Origin: an uncultured Roseivirgaceae bacterium
GTDB taxonomy: Bacteria > Bacteroidota > Bacteroidia > Cytophagales > Cyclobacteriaceae
DNA length: 39,278 nucleotides
Assembly (NCBI GenBank): GCA_964626095.1
Contig: CAZVFM010000001.1
Span: 6,778 to 46,055 of the forward strand
Direction of reading: 5' to 3'
Position 1 is the stretch's first letter, and each line of letters starts with the position of its first letter. Positions 16,811 to 24,620 of the stretch are shown one piece after another. The notes below the pieces were generated by a model, which worked only from the letters and a program-made list of their open reading frames with translations, searched no databases and had not been told where the DNA came from. The translations under genes and the position numbers were made by a program.

Positions 16811-17926
16811 ATGTCATACTTGAATTACATCATTTGGAACGCTAGCCCTGAGATTTTCAGCATCGGGGCTTTCGGTTTACGTTGGTACGGATTGCTTTTT
16901 GCTCTAGGCTTTCTTCTTAGCCAGCAAATTCTGTACATCATCTATAAAAAAGAAGGTAAGTCAGAAAAAGATATTGATGTACTTACGGTATACATCGTAA
17001 TTGCCACCATTGTTGGTGCACGCTTGGGTCATGTGTTTTTCTATGAGCCGGATAAATACCTAAGCGACCCCATTGAGATCCTGAAGATATGGAAAGGCGG
17101 TCTGGCAAGTCACGGAGCGGCTATTCCCATTTTTCTAGCCATATGGATATACAGTCGTTATAATTTTATTAAAGGCAAATTCGTACGCACCATAAAACCT
17201 GGCCAAAATTTTTTCCAGGTTGTAGACAGGATAGCGATTGTGGTTGCTCTTACAGGGGCACTGATACGGACGGGTAATTATTTCAATTCTGAAATTATTG
17301 GTTTACCTACCAGCAATGGCAAGGGCGTGGTATTTACGAGGGTGTTTAGTGATTATTTGCTTGCTGATGATGAAACCATAGAATCAGTTAGTTATGTAAA
17401 TACAGGTGAAGGTCCGAATGAAATTGGTACCGTTCCAATGAAAATTCTAATCGATTTTCAACCCGACAACAGCAAAAACGAAGATTCATATAGAAATTAT
17501 ATTGAAACAAGGATAATGAACTTGCTCGCAAACAATGTTTATATACGCGAACATTTTTATCAGTCAGGGTTTTTGAATTACGACCTTGTACCCAATGATA
17601 CTGGATCGTATTCGGCTATTATCAAAACTTACGGAATTGCCCGACACCCGGCCCAATTATACGAGGCAGCATCATGTATTGTTCTTTTCCTACTTCTGCT
17701 ATTGATTTGGATGCGATATAAAACCAATACTCCAGAGGGATTGTTATTGGGAGTATTCTTGATTGTATGTTTCAGTATGAGGTTTATGTTTGAATTTATC
17801 AAAGAAAACCAGGTAGCGTTTGAATATAGTATGCAGTACAATATGGGGCAATTGCTAAGTATTCCTCTTGTATTGATTGGTATCGTTGTCTTGGTTCGTT
17901 CACTTCTATTAAAAAAGGCAGCATAA
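16811..17926 (+). CDS. lgt: Prolipoprotein diacylglyceryl transferase
   Basis: 371 aa, polytopic, with LRWYGLLFALG, GGLASHGA, GNYFNSEIIG and RHPAQLYEA. Confidence 0.9.
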   Translation: MSYLNYIIWNASPEIFSIGAFGLRWYGLLFALGFLLSQQILYIIYKKEGKSEKDIDVLTVYIVIATIVGARLGHVFFYEPDKYLSDPIEILKIWKGGLASHGAAIPIFLAIWIYSRYNFIKGKFVRTIKPGQNFFQVVDRIAIVVALTGALIRTGNYFNSEIIGLPTSNGKGVVFTRVFSDYLLADDETIESVSYVNTGEGPNEIGTVPMKILIDFQPDNSKNEDSYRNYIETRIMNLLANNVYIREHFYQSGFLNYDLVPNDTGSYSAIIKTYGIARHPAQLYEAASCIVLFLLLLLIWMRYKTNTPEGLLLGVFLIVCFSMRFMFEFIKENQVAFEYSMQYNMGQLLSIPLVLIGIVVLVRSLLLKKAA

Positions 17927-17950
17927 AAAATTTAAGATGTGTGGTTAAGA

Positions 17951-19405
17951 ATGGTGTTGTTAAAAGCTTTGTTATGTTCTTGTCTAAGTTTGTTATTGTT
18001 AACAAAGTCATATGAAGGCATATGCTTTTATCATCCTAATGATTCAATACTCCAGCACAGCATTGTAAAAAAAAATGACAGAAGATACCTCAAGGTAGGT
18101 CGCATTATTATTGTAGGTAATAAAGTCACTAAATCAAGAATCATATTAAGAGAACTGGATATACAGGAAGGTGATTATGTATACGATGAAGACCTGGATC
18201 CGCTTATCGAACTTGATCGAAATAAAATTTATAACCTGCGCTTGTTTAACACTGTCCTTATACGTCCTATTGAAGTAGAGCAGGGGGTGGTGGATATCAT
18301 AATTGAAGTTTCAGAAAGGTGGTTTTTCTTTCCCGTTCCCTTGTTTGACTTAGCTGATAGAAACTTTAACGATTGGTGGCAAAACCAAGGTCACGATTTA
18401 AAGCGAGTAAATTATGGTGTAAAATTTTACTATAACAATGTTCGCGGCAGGAACGAAGCCCTACGGCTTACTTTGCAAGGTGGCTTTACAAGAAACATTG
18501 AAGTACAATACAGAATACCCTACCTTGACCGTTCACAAAGGCACGGAATTTCATTTGGCTATTCCTACGGAGAAACAAAAAACCTTGCCTACTTAACCGA
18601 AGGACACAAACAACTCTTTTTGCGCAGTGATGAGCTGATCAGAAAAACATGGGCAGGATTATTAAGTTATAACTACAGAAAGAATTTCTACGAATTTCAC
18701 ACCCTCTCTTTAAATTACAGAGTATTGGAAATTGCCGATACTATCACAAACCTTAATTCAGAATATTTTAGCGCCAACAATACTTTTCAACGACTGCCAT
18801 CCATCACCTACCAATACAACAGGGATAAAAGAGACATTGGTGCATATCCATTGAAGGGCTATCAATTTTTTGGTTTGGCAACCAAATACGGAGTTGGACT
18901 AAAAAATGAACTCAATCGATTTGACCTCAACATTTCTTATTCAAAATTCATGGACCTGAAAAATGGAAATTACTTTTCCAACTTTACCTATTTGTTCATG
19001 AGCCTGCCTAATGACCAACCCTATTTTATGTACAGCGCCTTGGGTTATAGGCAACTGGTTGTGCGTGGTTACGAACTTTACCTCGTTGAAGGGCCACAAA
19101 TAGCGCTTAACAAAACAACCTTTAAGAAAAGAATTTTTTCGAGTACATGGTTCATTGATGCCATGCCCATCGAACAGTTCAAACACTTTCCCATTGCTGT
19201 TTACCTAAAATCTTATTTTGATTTTGGTGTAGTTACTGAGTACCCTAATTATGAGCAGCGATATTTTCTTAACAATAAACTACTTACAGGCGCAGGTATG
19301 GGATTGGATATTGTTACTTCTTATGATTCGGTTATGCGACTGGAGTACAGCTTCACCAATCTTGGCGAGCATGGTTTCTTCTTTCACTTGAAGAAAGAAT
19401 TCTGA
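17951..19405 (+). CDS. Omp85/BamA-family outer-membrane protein paralog with a single POTRA-like domain
   Basis: GRIIIVGNKVTKSRIILRELDIQEGDYVY is a POTRA5-like block. It is followed by amphipathic beta-strand periodicity and a C-terminal ...FFFHLKKEF ending in Phe. The track start is GTG at 17939. I prefer ATG at 17951 (MVLLKALLCSCLSLLLL). The gene begins 24 nt after lgt. Confidence 0.7.
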   Translation: MVLLKALLCSCLSLLLLTKSYEGICFYHPNDSILQHSIVKKNDRRYLKVGRIIIVGNKVTKSRIILRELDIQEGDYVYDEDLDPLIELDRNKIYNLRLFNTVLIRPIEVEQGVVDIIIEVSERWFFFPVPLFDLADRNFNDWWQNQGHDLKRVNYGVKFYYNNVRGRNEALRLTLQGGFTRNIEVQYRIPYLDRSQRHGISFGYSYGETKNLAYLTEGHKQLFLRSDELIRKTWAGLLSYNYRKNFYEFHTLSLNYRVLEIADTITNLNSEYFSANNTFQRLPSITYQYNRDKRDIGAYPLKGYQFFGLATKYGVGLKNELNRFDLNISYSKFMDLKNGNYFSNFTYLFMSLPNDQPYFMYSALGYRQLVVRGYELYLVEGPQIALNKTTFKKRIFSSTWFIDAMPIEQFKHFPIAVYLKSYFDFGVVTEYPNYEQRYFLNNKLLTGAGMGLDIVTSYDSVMRLEYSFTNLGEHGFFFHLKKEF

Positions 19406-20044
19406 TCAGTATTGTTTCCAGGCTTTGGCCTTGCCTATTTTATTATACTTATACCATATCCCCGTTTCTTTTCCATTCTCGTAAAATCCGCTATAGTTCA
19501 ACTGGCCTCTTGCATCATAAAATTTCCAGTGCCCGTGCTCTTTGCCTTCCAAATAATTTCCCTCCTGAAGCAATAATCCAGATTCACTAAAATAGATAAA
19601 GCTCCCCTGAGGAAACCCACCTTTGCAGGTTAGTCTTCTTTCAAGTTGGCCCGAGTCATAATAAAAATTCCAGACACCTTCATATAAACTATTTACAAAA
19701 ACACCCTTCTTCTCCAGAATACCATTTGGGTGGAAGTAAAAAGATGAGTCCTGCAAAATTCCCGCCCTCCAATTCTCTTTTGCCGATAGTATTCCTGAGT
19801 TAAAATAATATTCGATCTGCCCGTGCAGTTGATCATCCAAATAAAACTCTTTGGCATTCACGCCCCCATCCGGATAATAAAAAACCCATTCCCCCTGCCT
19901 CTTCCCATCCACAAGTTTACCTTCTGTTCGTACTTGTCCGTCAGGATAGAACTGCTGCACATGTTGCGAAAAAGCAGTATGCACAAAAAAATAAGCAAGA
20001 GAAAATAGATTAAAAAACGATATTTTTAATAAGATCAAATGCAT
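19406..20044 (-). CDS. Exported MORN-repeat-variant protein (YwqK-like repeats)
   Basis: 212 aa. It has a signal-peptide-like N-terminus followed by about 7 repeats of the G-x-W-x-x-Y-Y-x-x-G type (GEWVFYYPDGG, GVWNFYYDSGQ, GHWKFYDARGQ, GIWYKYNKIG). Confidence 0.75.
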   Translation of the reverse strand: MHLILLKISFFNLFSLAYFFVHTAFSQHVQQFYPDGQVRTEGKLVDGKRQGEWVFYYPDGGVNAKEFYLDDQLHGQIEYYFNSGILSAKENWRAGILQDSSFYFHPNGILEKKGVFVNSLYEGVWNFYYDSGQLERRLTCKGGFPQGSFIYFSESGLLLQEGNYLEGKEHGHWKFYDARGQLNYSGFYENGKETGIWYKYNKIGKAKAWKQY

Positions 20045-20124
20045 TTAACATCTCTAAATAAAATCTTCTTGCGTACCTGTAGATTAATTTCATAAAGGTA
20101 TTAAATTCATGATGCTAAACCCCT

Positions 20125-20952
20125 ATGAGAACCAAAGTACAAGGCCTGGCGATTTTCATCGTTATGGCGAGCCAATGTTCGCTCGCACAATCCTTTATTA
20201 CACAAATGGGCGCTCGTGCTGCAGCTACAGGATACAGTAGCCTTACACTTAAAGACGAATGGGCTGTATTCAATAATCCTGGTGGTCTATCGGGTGTAGA
20301 TAATAAAACAATTGCCTTCAGTTATGATTTTAGACCCCTGTTTACTTCGGCCAACAGAACTGCTGCGGTGTTCGCTTCGCCAATCAACCGGATGGGAGTA
20401 ATTGGTATTGGACTGTACCGATTTGGTGACGAACTATATAACGAACAAATAATAAGCACAGCATTTAGTAACCAGTTTGGGCTTGCTTCTTTGGGGATAA
20501 AAGTCAATTATGTTCAGTTAAATGTTGAGGGTTTTGGTCGTAAAGGTTTATTGGGAATTGATTTCGGTGGGATAGCTACAATTAGTCCTCAGTTAAATGT
20601 TGGGGCATCTATTCAAAACATCAATCAAATGAAAGTATCCAGGCTGGATAATGAATACATGCCGGTAATCATGCGTGCAGGCATACAACTAAAGCCTATT
20701 GATGATTTCATTGTATGCCTGGAAATAGAAAAGAATATTGACAAAGCCTCATTATTCAGAGGAGGAGTAGAATACAAAGCATTAGATAAATTCTTTTTTA
20801 GGTCTGGATTTAATTTGTATCCATCAGCACTTTTTGGAGGGATTGGTGCTGAACTTAAAAGAATAAAAATAGACTACGCCATTACTAACAACTATTACCT
20901 GGGCACCAGTCACCAAGCCAGTGCAGCCATTTTATTTTCAAAAAATAAATGA
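20125..20952 (+). CDS. Outer-membrane beta-barrel protein, PorV/PorQ-family-like
   Basis: 275 aa. A signal peptide ends at SLA/QS. The N-terminal block GARAAATGYSSLTLKDEWAVFNNPGGLS resembles the G-x-R-A-x-A-x-G...NPAGL block of PorV/PorQ/FadL-like barrels. The rest shows alternating beta-strand periodicity. Confidence 0.5.
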   Translation: MRTKVQGLAIFIVMASQCSLAQSFITQMGARAAATGYSSLTLKDEWAVFNNPGGLSGVDNKTIAFSYDFRPLFTSANRTAAVFASPINRMGVIGIGLYRFGDELYNEQIISTAFSNQFGLASLGIKVNYVQLNVEGFGRKGLLGIDFGGIATISPQLNVGASIQNINQMKVSRLDNEYMPVIMRAGIQLKPIDDFIVCLEIEKNIDKASLFRGGVEYKALDKFFFRSGFNLYPSALFGGIGAELKRIKIDYAITNNYYLGTSHQASAAILFSKNK

Positions 20953-22988
20953 GGTCAATTGTTACCATAGTCGTCTGCATTTTTATTTATAGTCTGGCCT
21001 CTGCCCAACAAAGAACTTTCAAAGAAGTTGATGTGGAACAAATTGCCGAAGAAATTATTGCACTGCAAGATCTTGACCTTAATTACGAAGACTTGTACGA
21101 AAACCTATTGCAAATACTGTATAATCCATTAGACATTAACTCTGCTTCAGCCAGCGAACTACGCTCAATTTTCATTCTATCAGAATTAAACATCAATGCT
21201 TTGATTGAATACAGAGAAAATTATGGTCCGTTTATATCGATTTATGAACTGCAAAGCATACCGGGCTATGATAATTCCCTCATTTATCGTTTACTCCCGT
21301 TTTTACAGGTTAGAGATGCGAATCTTCATCAACGTAAATTACCTGGTAGAATCCTCCACTCACAAAACAGGTATTTAATCAGTCGTTACGAACGTACTAT
21401 ACAAACCAGAAGAGGATACACCACTGAGGCTACACCTTCAGGAACCTATGCGGGAAGTCCTGATAAATTATATCAAAGATTTAGGGCATTTGAAGCTAAT
21501 GATTATAGCATTGGCTTTACTTTAGAAAAAGATGCGGGCGAACAAATGCGTTGGTCACCGCCTCAAAAGTATTATGGCTTTGATTTTGTCTCAGGTCATG
21601 CAATGGTGCAAAATCAATCAGTAATTAAAACTTTAATGATTGGTGATTTTCAAATGCAATCAGGACAGGGATTAGTTTTTGGTGGGGGCTTTGGCATTGG
21701 TAAAGGCGCTGAAACCATTTTATCGATCAGAAGACCCAATAGAGGGATCATCCCTTATACTTCGGTAAACGAAAGTGGCTTCTTCAGAGGGCTGGCTGCA
21801 CAAATTAAGGTTTTACCAAGCGTTGATGTTACACTGTTATATTCAAATCAGCTTCAGGACATCTCATTGCAAAACGATTCTGTAGCCTCCTCCATACTTA
21901 TTAGCGGATTGCACCGCACACCCAATGAATTGAATAATCGAAAAAGATTAACAGAAAGAAACATGGGTATGATTATTTCTCATCAAAAGAAGAATTTTGA
22001 AGCAGGTTTATCCTTGCTCCATACACATTTTTCAATACCCATTCAAAGAGTAGAAAGAAGGTATAATTATTACGCATTTAATGGAGATGAAAATTTAACA
22101 GCAGGTGCTTTTCTCAACTATAACATTTCAGGTGTTAGCTTTTTTAGTGAAGCCGCCAGAAGCAGCAGTGGCGGTAAAGGCATAGTGGCCGGTGTTTTAT
22201 CAAGTATCGGAAGTAAAACAGAAAGCGCATTGTTGTTAAGGATATACGATGCCAACTTCCATAGTTTATATGCACAGGCACTTTCTGAAAATACCCTCGC
22301 ACAAAATGAAAAAGGTGTGTATTGGGGATTTAAACAAAATGTTTCTAATAAATTTTTCTACTCTGGTTATGTAGATATTTTTAGTTTTCCTTGGTTAAGG
22401 TCGCGTGCTTTTGCCCCTGGCAACGGCCATGAATACTTGTTGCGAGCTGTATACAGACCATCAAAAGAAACACAAGTATTCATCATGTTTAGAGAAGAAG
22501 CCAAAGCCAGGAATACCAATCAATTGGAAAATACCTATGTACTTGAAGAGGGTATTAAACGGAATTTAATACTAAATGCAGACTATGGTATCAATAGAAA
22601 ATTAAGTTTAAGAACAAGAATTCAATTCAGTGACTTCGATATTGCCAGCTCACACACACAAGGCATGACGATAGTGCAAGACCTAAACTACAAATACCGA
22701 AGATTCAATTTTTCGTTCAGGCATGCACTGTTTGATACCGATGATTTTGAAAATCGACAATACGTTTACGAAAGAGATGTGCTCTACGCTTTTAGTTTAC
22801 CAGCCTATAGCGGCAGAGGCTTAAGGAATTATGCAATGGTACATTTTAAACCATTCAGAAACTTTGATTGCTGGATCAGGTACGCTCGTAGTATGTATAC
22901 TGATAGGGATTTTATCGGAAGTGGTGCTGATAGAATTGAAGGAAATATAAGAAGTGATATTAAGCTGCAAACTCGCTGGATTTTTTAG
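20949..22988 (+). CDS. Signal peptide plus ComEA-like tandem helix-hairpin-helix domain fused to a large outer-membrane beta-barrel-like domain
   Basis: 679 aa. The ATG overlaps the upstream TGA (ATGA at 20949-20952). Residues ~60-120 (INSASASELRSIFILSELNINALIEYRENYGPFISIYELQSIPGYDNSLIYRLLPFL) follow the ComEA HhH consensus (NxNTAsxxEL...A..Ii.yRe.nGpF.s..dL..V.Gig...l..l). The remaining ~550 aa have amphipathic strand periodicity, and the protein ends in ...LQTRWIF. Confidence 0.7.
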   Translation: MRSIVTIVVCIFIYSLASAQQRTFKEVDVEQIAEEIIALQDLDLNYEDLYENLLQILYNPLDINSASASELRSIFILSELNINALIEYRENYGPFISIYELQSIPGYDNSLIYRLLPFLQVRDANLHQRKLPGRILHSQNRYLISRYERTIQTRRGYTTEATPSGTYAGSPDKLYQRFRAFEANDYSIGFTLEKDAGEQMRWSPPQKYYGFDFVSGHAMVQNQSVIKTLMIGDFQMQSGQGLVFGGGFGIGKGAETILSIRRPNRGIIPYTSVNESGFFRGLAAQIKVLPSVDVTLLYSNQLQDISLQNDSVASSILISGLHRTPNELNNRKRLTERNMGMIISHQKKNFEAGLSLLHTHFSIPIQRVERRYNYYAFNGDENLTAGAFLNYNISGVSFFSEAARSSSGGKGIVAGVLSSIGSKTESALLLRIYDANFHSLYAQALSENTLAQNEKGVYWGFKQNVSNKFFYSGYVDIFSFPWLRSRAFAPGNGHEYLLRAVYRPSKETQVFIMFREEAKARNTNQLENTYVLEEGIKRNLILNADYGINRKLSLRTRIQFSDFDIASSHTQGMTIVQDLNYKYRRFNFSFRHALFDTDDFENRQYVYERDVLYAFSLPAYSGRGLRNYAMVHFKPFRNFDCWIRYARSMYTDRDFIGSGADRIEGNIRSDIKLQTRWIF

Positions 22989-22999
22989 ATATTTACAGC

Positions 23000-23104
23000 A
23001 TGCATGCAGTTGAAATGATTAATGCTCAGATATTGCTCATTATGGTCATAGGGGCAATAGCCTTTGTTTTGATATTCAGGCACATTTTTAAAAACAAAAA
23101 GTAA
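23000..23104 (+). CDS. Possible 34-aa single-pass membrane micro-protein (speculative)
   Basis: My own translation gives MHAVEMINAQILLIMVIGAIAFVLIFRHIFKNKK. It has a hydrophobic core and a basic tail. It is below the ORF-track size cutoff and has no other support. Confidence 0.2.
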   Translation: MHAVEMINAQILLIMVIGAIAFVLIFRHIFKNKK

Positions 23105-23182
23105 GTTCAACCGCCCTATTGTTGACTGCCCGATGTTGATGGCTGTCTGTCTTTGCAATTTAAAAAGTTAACCAGAGTTACT

Positions 23183-23190
23183 TAATTTTG
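23183..23190 (+). promoter_or_regulatory. Candidate -7 promoter box for the GIN-domain gene
   Basis: TAATTTTG is a perfect TAnnTTTG and lies 17 nt upstream of ATG 23208. An upstream TTTG lies at 23152-23155, though the spacing is longer than canonical. Confidence 0.4.
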
Positions 23191-23207
23191 AAACAAATTT
23201 TATAGAT

Positions 23208-23933
23208 ATGAGAAAAATAATGTTGTCCATTTTTGTCTTATTAATTAGTCTTCAGGCATTTAGTCAGGCGAGCAAAAAAACCATCGAAACAGCTGAATTT
23301 CACAGTATTTTCAACAACTCTGATTATACAGTTGTGGTTCGGCAAAGCAATAAAACCGAAGTAATAGCTGAGGCGTTGCCGGATATTCTCGGCATCACAG
23401 ACATTTATGTTACCAACGGGGTGTTAATGATTAACATGGAGCGTAAACCGGATGACAAGAGCAAAAGCATCTGGGCTAAAATCGATGATATTAAAATTAA
23501 GCAGGTGATGAAAGTAACTGTGAGCATAAAAGACATACAGGAATTACAAGTAAATGGCGGTGGAAAAATTATTGCAGAAAATTCACTGGCCTCGAGCAAT
23601 CTTAAAGTCTCGTTAAGTGGAAGCGGAAGTATGGATCTTGACATTAAAGGTGATCGTGTTGAAACCAATATTTCAGGTTCGGGGGAAATAGCCATGAAGG
23701 GCTATGCTACTTTTAATACCATTGTAATGAGCGGAAGTGGTAGTCTTAAAGCTTTTAATTGTGAACTTCAAAAAACACAGATAAAAATGAGTGGCTCTGG
23801 AAATTGTGAAGTTGCGGTAAGCGATGATATGAATGCTGATATTTTTGGTTCAGGAGTCTTAAAACACAAGGGCAACACTAAGAACATAACCCGTAAAGTT
23901 TATGGTAGCGGCTCAGTGGAGCGCGCCTACTGA
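23208..23933 (+). CDS. Exported DUF2807 / head GIN-domain protein (putative adhesin-head-like beta-helix)
   Basis: 241 aa with a signal peptide (LQAFS/QA). The repeats (L/M)SGSGS..., ISGSGEI, MSGSGN, FGSGVL and YGSGSV recur at about 20-aa spacing, which is typical of DUF2807. Confidence 0.75.
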   Translation: MRKIMLSIFVLLISLQAFSQASKKTIETAEFHSIFNNSDYTVVVRQSNKTEVIAEALPDILGITDIYVTNGVLMINMERKPDDKSKSIWAKIDDIKIKQVMKVTVSIKDIQELQVNGGGKIIAENSLASSNLKVSLSGSGSMDLDIKGDRVETNISGSGEIAMKGYATFNTIVMSGSGSLKAFNCELQKTQIKMSGSGNCEVAVSDDMNADIFGSGVLKHKGNTKNITRKVYGSGSVERAY

Positions 23934-23952
23934 TATGTTAAATCTTAAACAC

Positions 23953-23983
23953 AAAAAACCCCATCTGTTGATGGGGTTTTTTG
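23953..23983. terminator. Bidirectional Rho-independent terminator
   Basis: aaaaaacccca-tctgttga-tggggtttttt has a GC-rich 5-bp core stem that extends into the A/T runs. It is flanked by an A-run and a T-run and lies between convergent genes. Confidence 0.8.
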
Positions 23984-24001
23984 TTTGGCTAGTGTATATT
24001 A

Positions 24002-24577
24002 TTATCTATTGCTCATCTTTTCCATTTCCTTATCAAAAGTTTCTTTGAATTTTTCGTAATCATAATCGATACGAAGTCTCTCATCATTTGATAAGCGCTG
24101 GTTATAAGCTGATACCAGCTCATCGGCAGATAATTCTATTGCTATGTAAGTCTTGTAAACATTTTGATTAGTTCTTACCAATTTTTCACAAATGGTGCGA
24201 ATACCTGAAAGTTGTTGTTCAACAATTTCGCGGTTTAAACTTTCAAAACGTTCTTCAACTTCTTCGCGGTTGTTGAACTCGCGAGAGATAACGTAGTTAT
24301 CTGTCACGGTCTTCACCATGGTAGATATACTTGCGGCTAATTCTGCCCGGGCATTGGTTAAAGCCCTGCGCTTTGAAGTAACCTGGTCCTGGCTTTCCCC
24401 AAGTGAATTTGACCTGAAATGACTCTTGGTTGTGAAGTATTCTGTACCCGAACAAGGCACAATTACCTCTTCTTCACCTTTAGGAAGTTTTTCTTTACTC
24501 TTACAGCCTGATACTACTATAGCAGCCAGAGCAATGAGTACGAAAATGGATGATTTGAAGCTTTTCATTTTATTCAT
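24002..24577 (-). CDS. Lipoprotein, LPP20-like
   Basis: 191 aa with the lipobox IVVSGC. The segment VTSKRRALTNARAELAASISTMVKTV resembles the LPP20 helix-strand block. Confidence 0.55.
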   Translation of the reverse strand: MNKMKSFKSSIFVLIALAAIVVSGCKSKEKLPKGEEEVIVPCSGTEYFTTKSHFRSNSLGESQDQVTSKRRALTNARAELAASISTMVKTVTDNYVISREFNNREEVEERFESLNREIVEQQLSGIRTICEKLVRTNQNVYKTYIAIELSADELVSAYNQRLSNDERLRIDYDYEKFKETFDKEMEKMSNR

Positions 24578-24620
24578 TATTTAGTTGTACAAGTTAGATA
24601 AAACAATTTTAAGGCCAAAT

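Noticed and set aside
16811-17926. Lgt appears long (371 aa), suggesting a novel inserted domain between GNYFNSEIIG and RHPAQLYEA
   Set aside because: By my count the segment between the two conserved motifs is about 113 aa. As I recall, E. coli Lgt has roughly 85-90 aa there, already forming a periplasmic head domain. The excess is only ~25 aa plus small loops, which is within normal family variation.
19406-20044. MORN-repeat/YwqK-like protein as a possible toxin-antitoxin 'antitoxin'
   Set aside because: It carries an N-terminal signal-peptide-like segment, so it is exported. It has no adjacent toxin-like partner (the neighbours are an Omp85 paralog and an OM barrel). The YwqK label is a repeat-family name rather than evidence for a TA module.
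23560-23900. Periodic GSGS-encoding stretches that might be taken for a DNA tandem repeat or VNTR
   Set aside because: The periodicity is at the protein level, from DUF2807 beta-helix rungs with a SGSG turn. The DNA copies are divergent and use different codons, so this is not a nucleotide-level tandem repeat.
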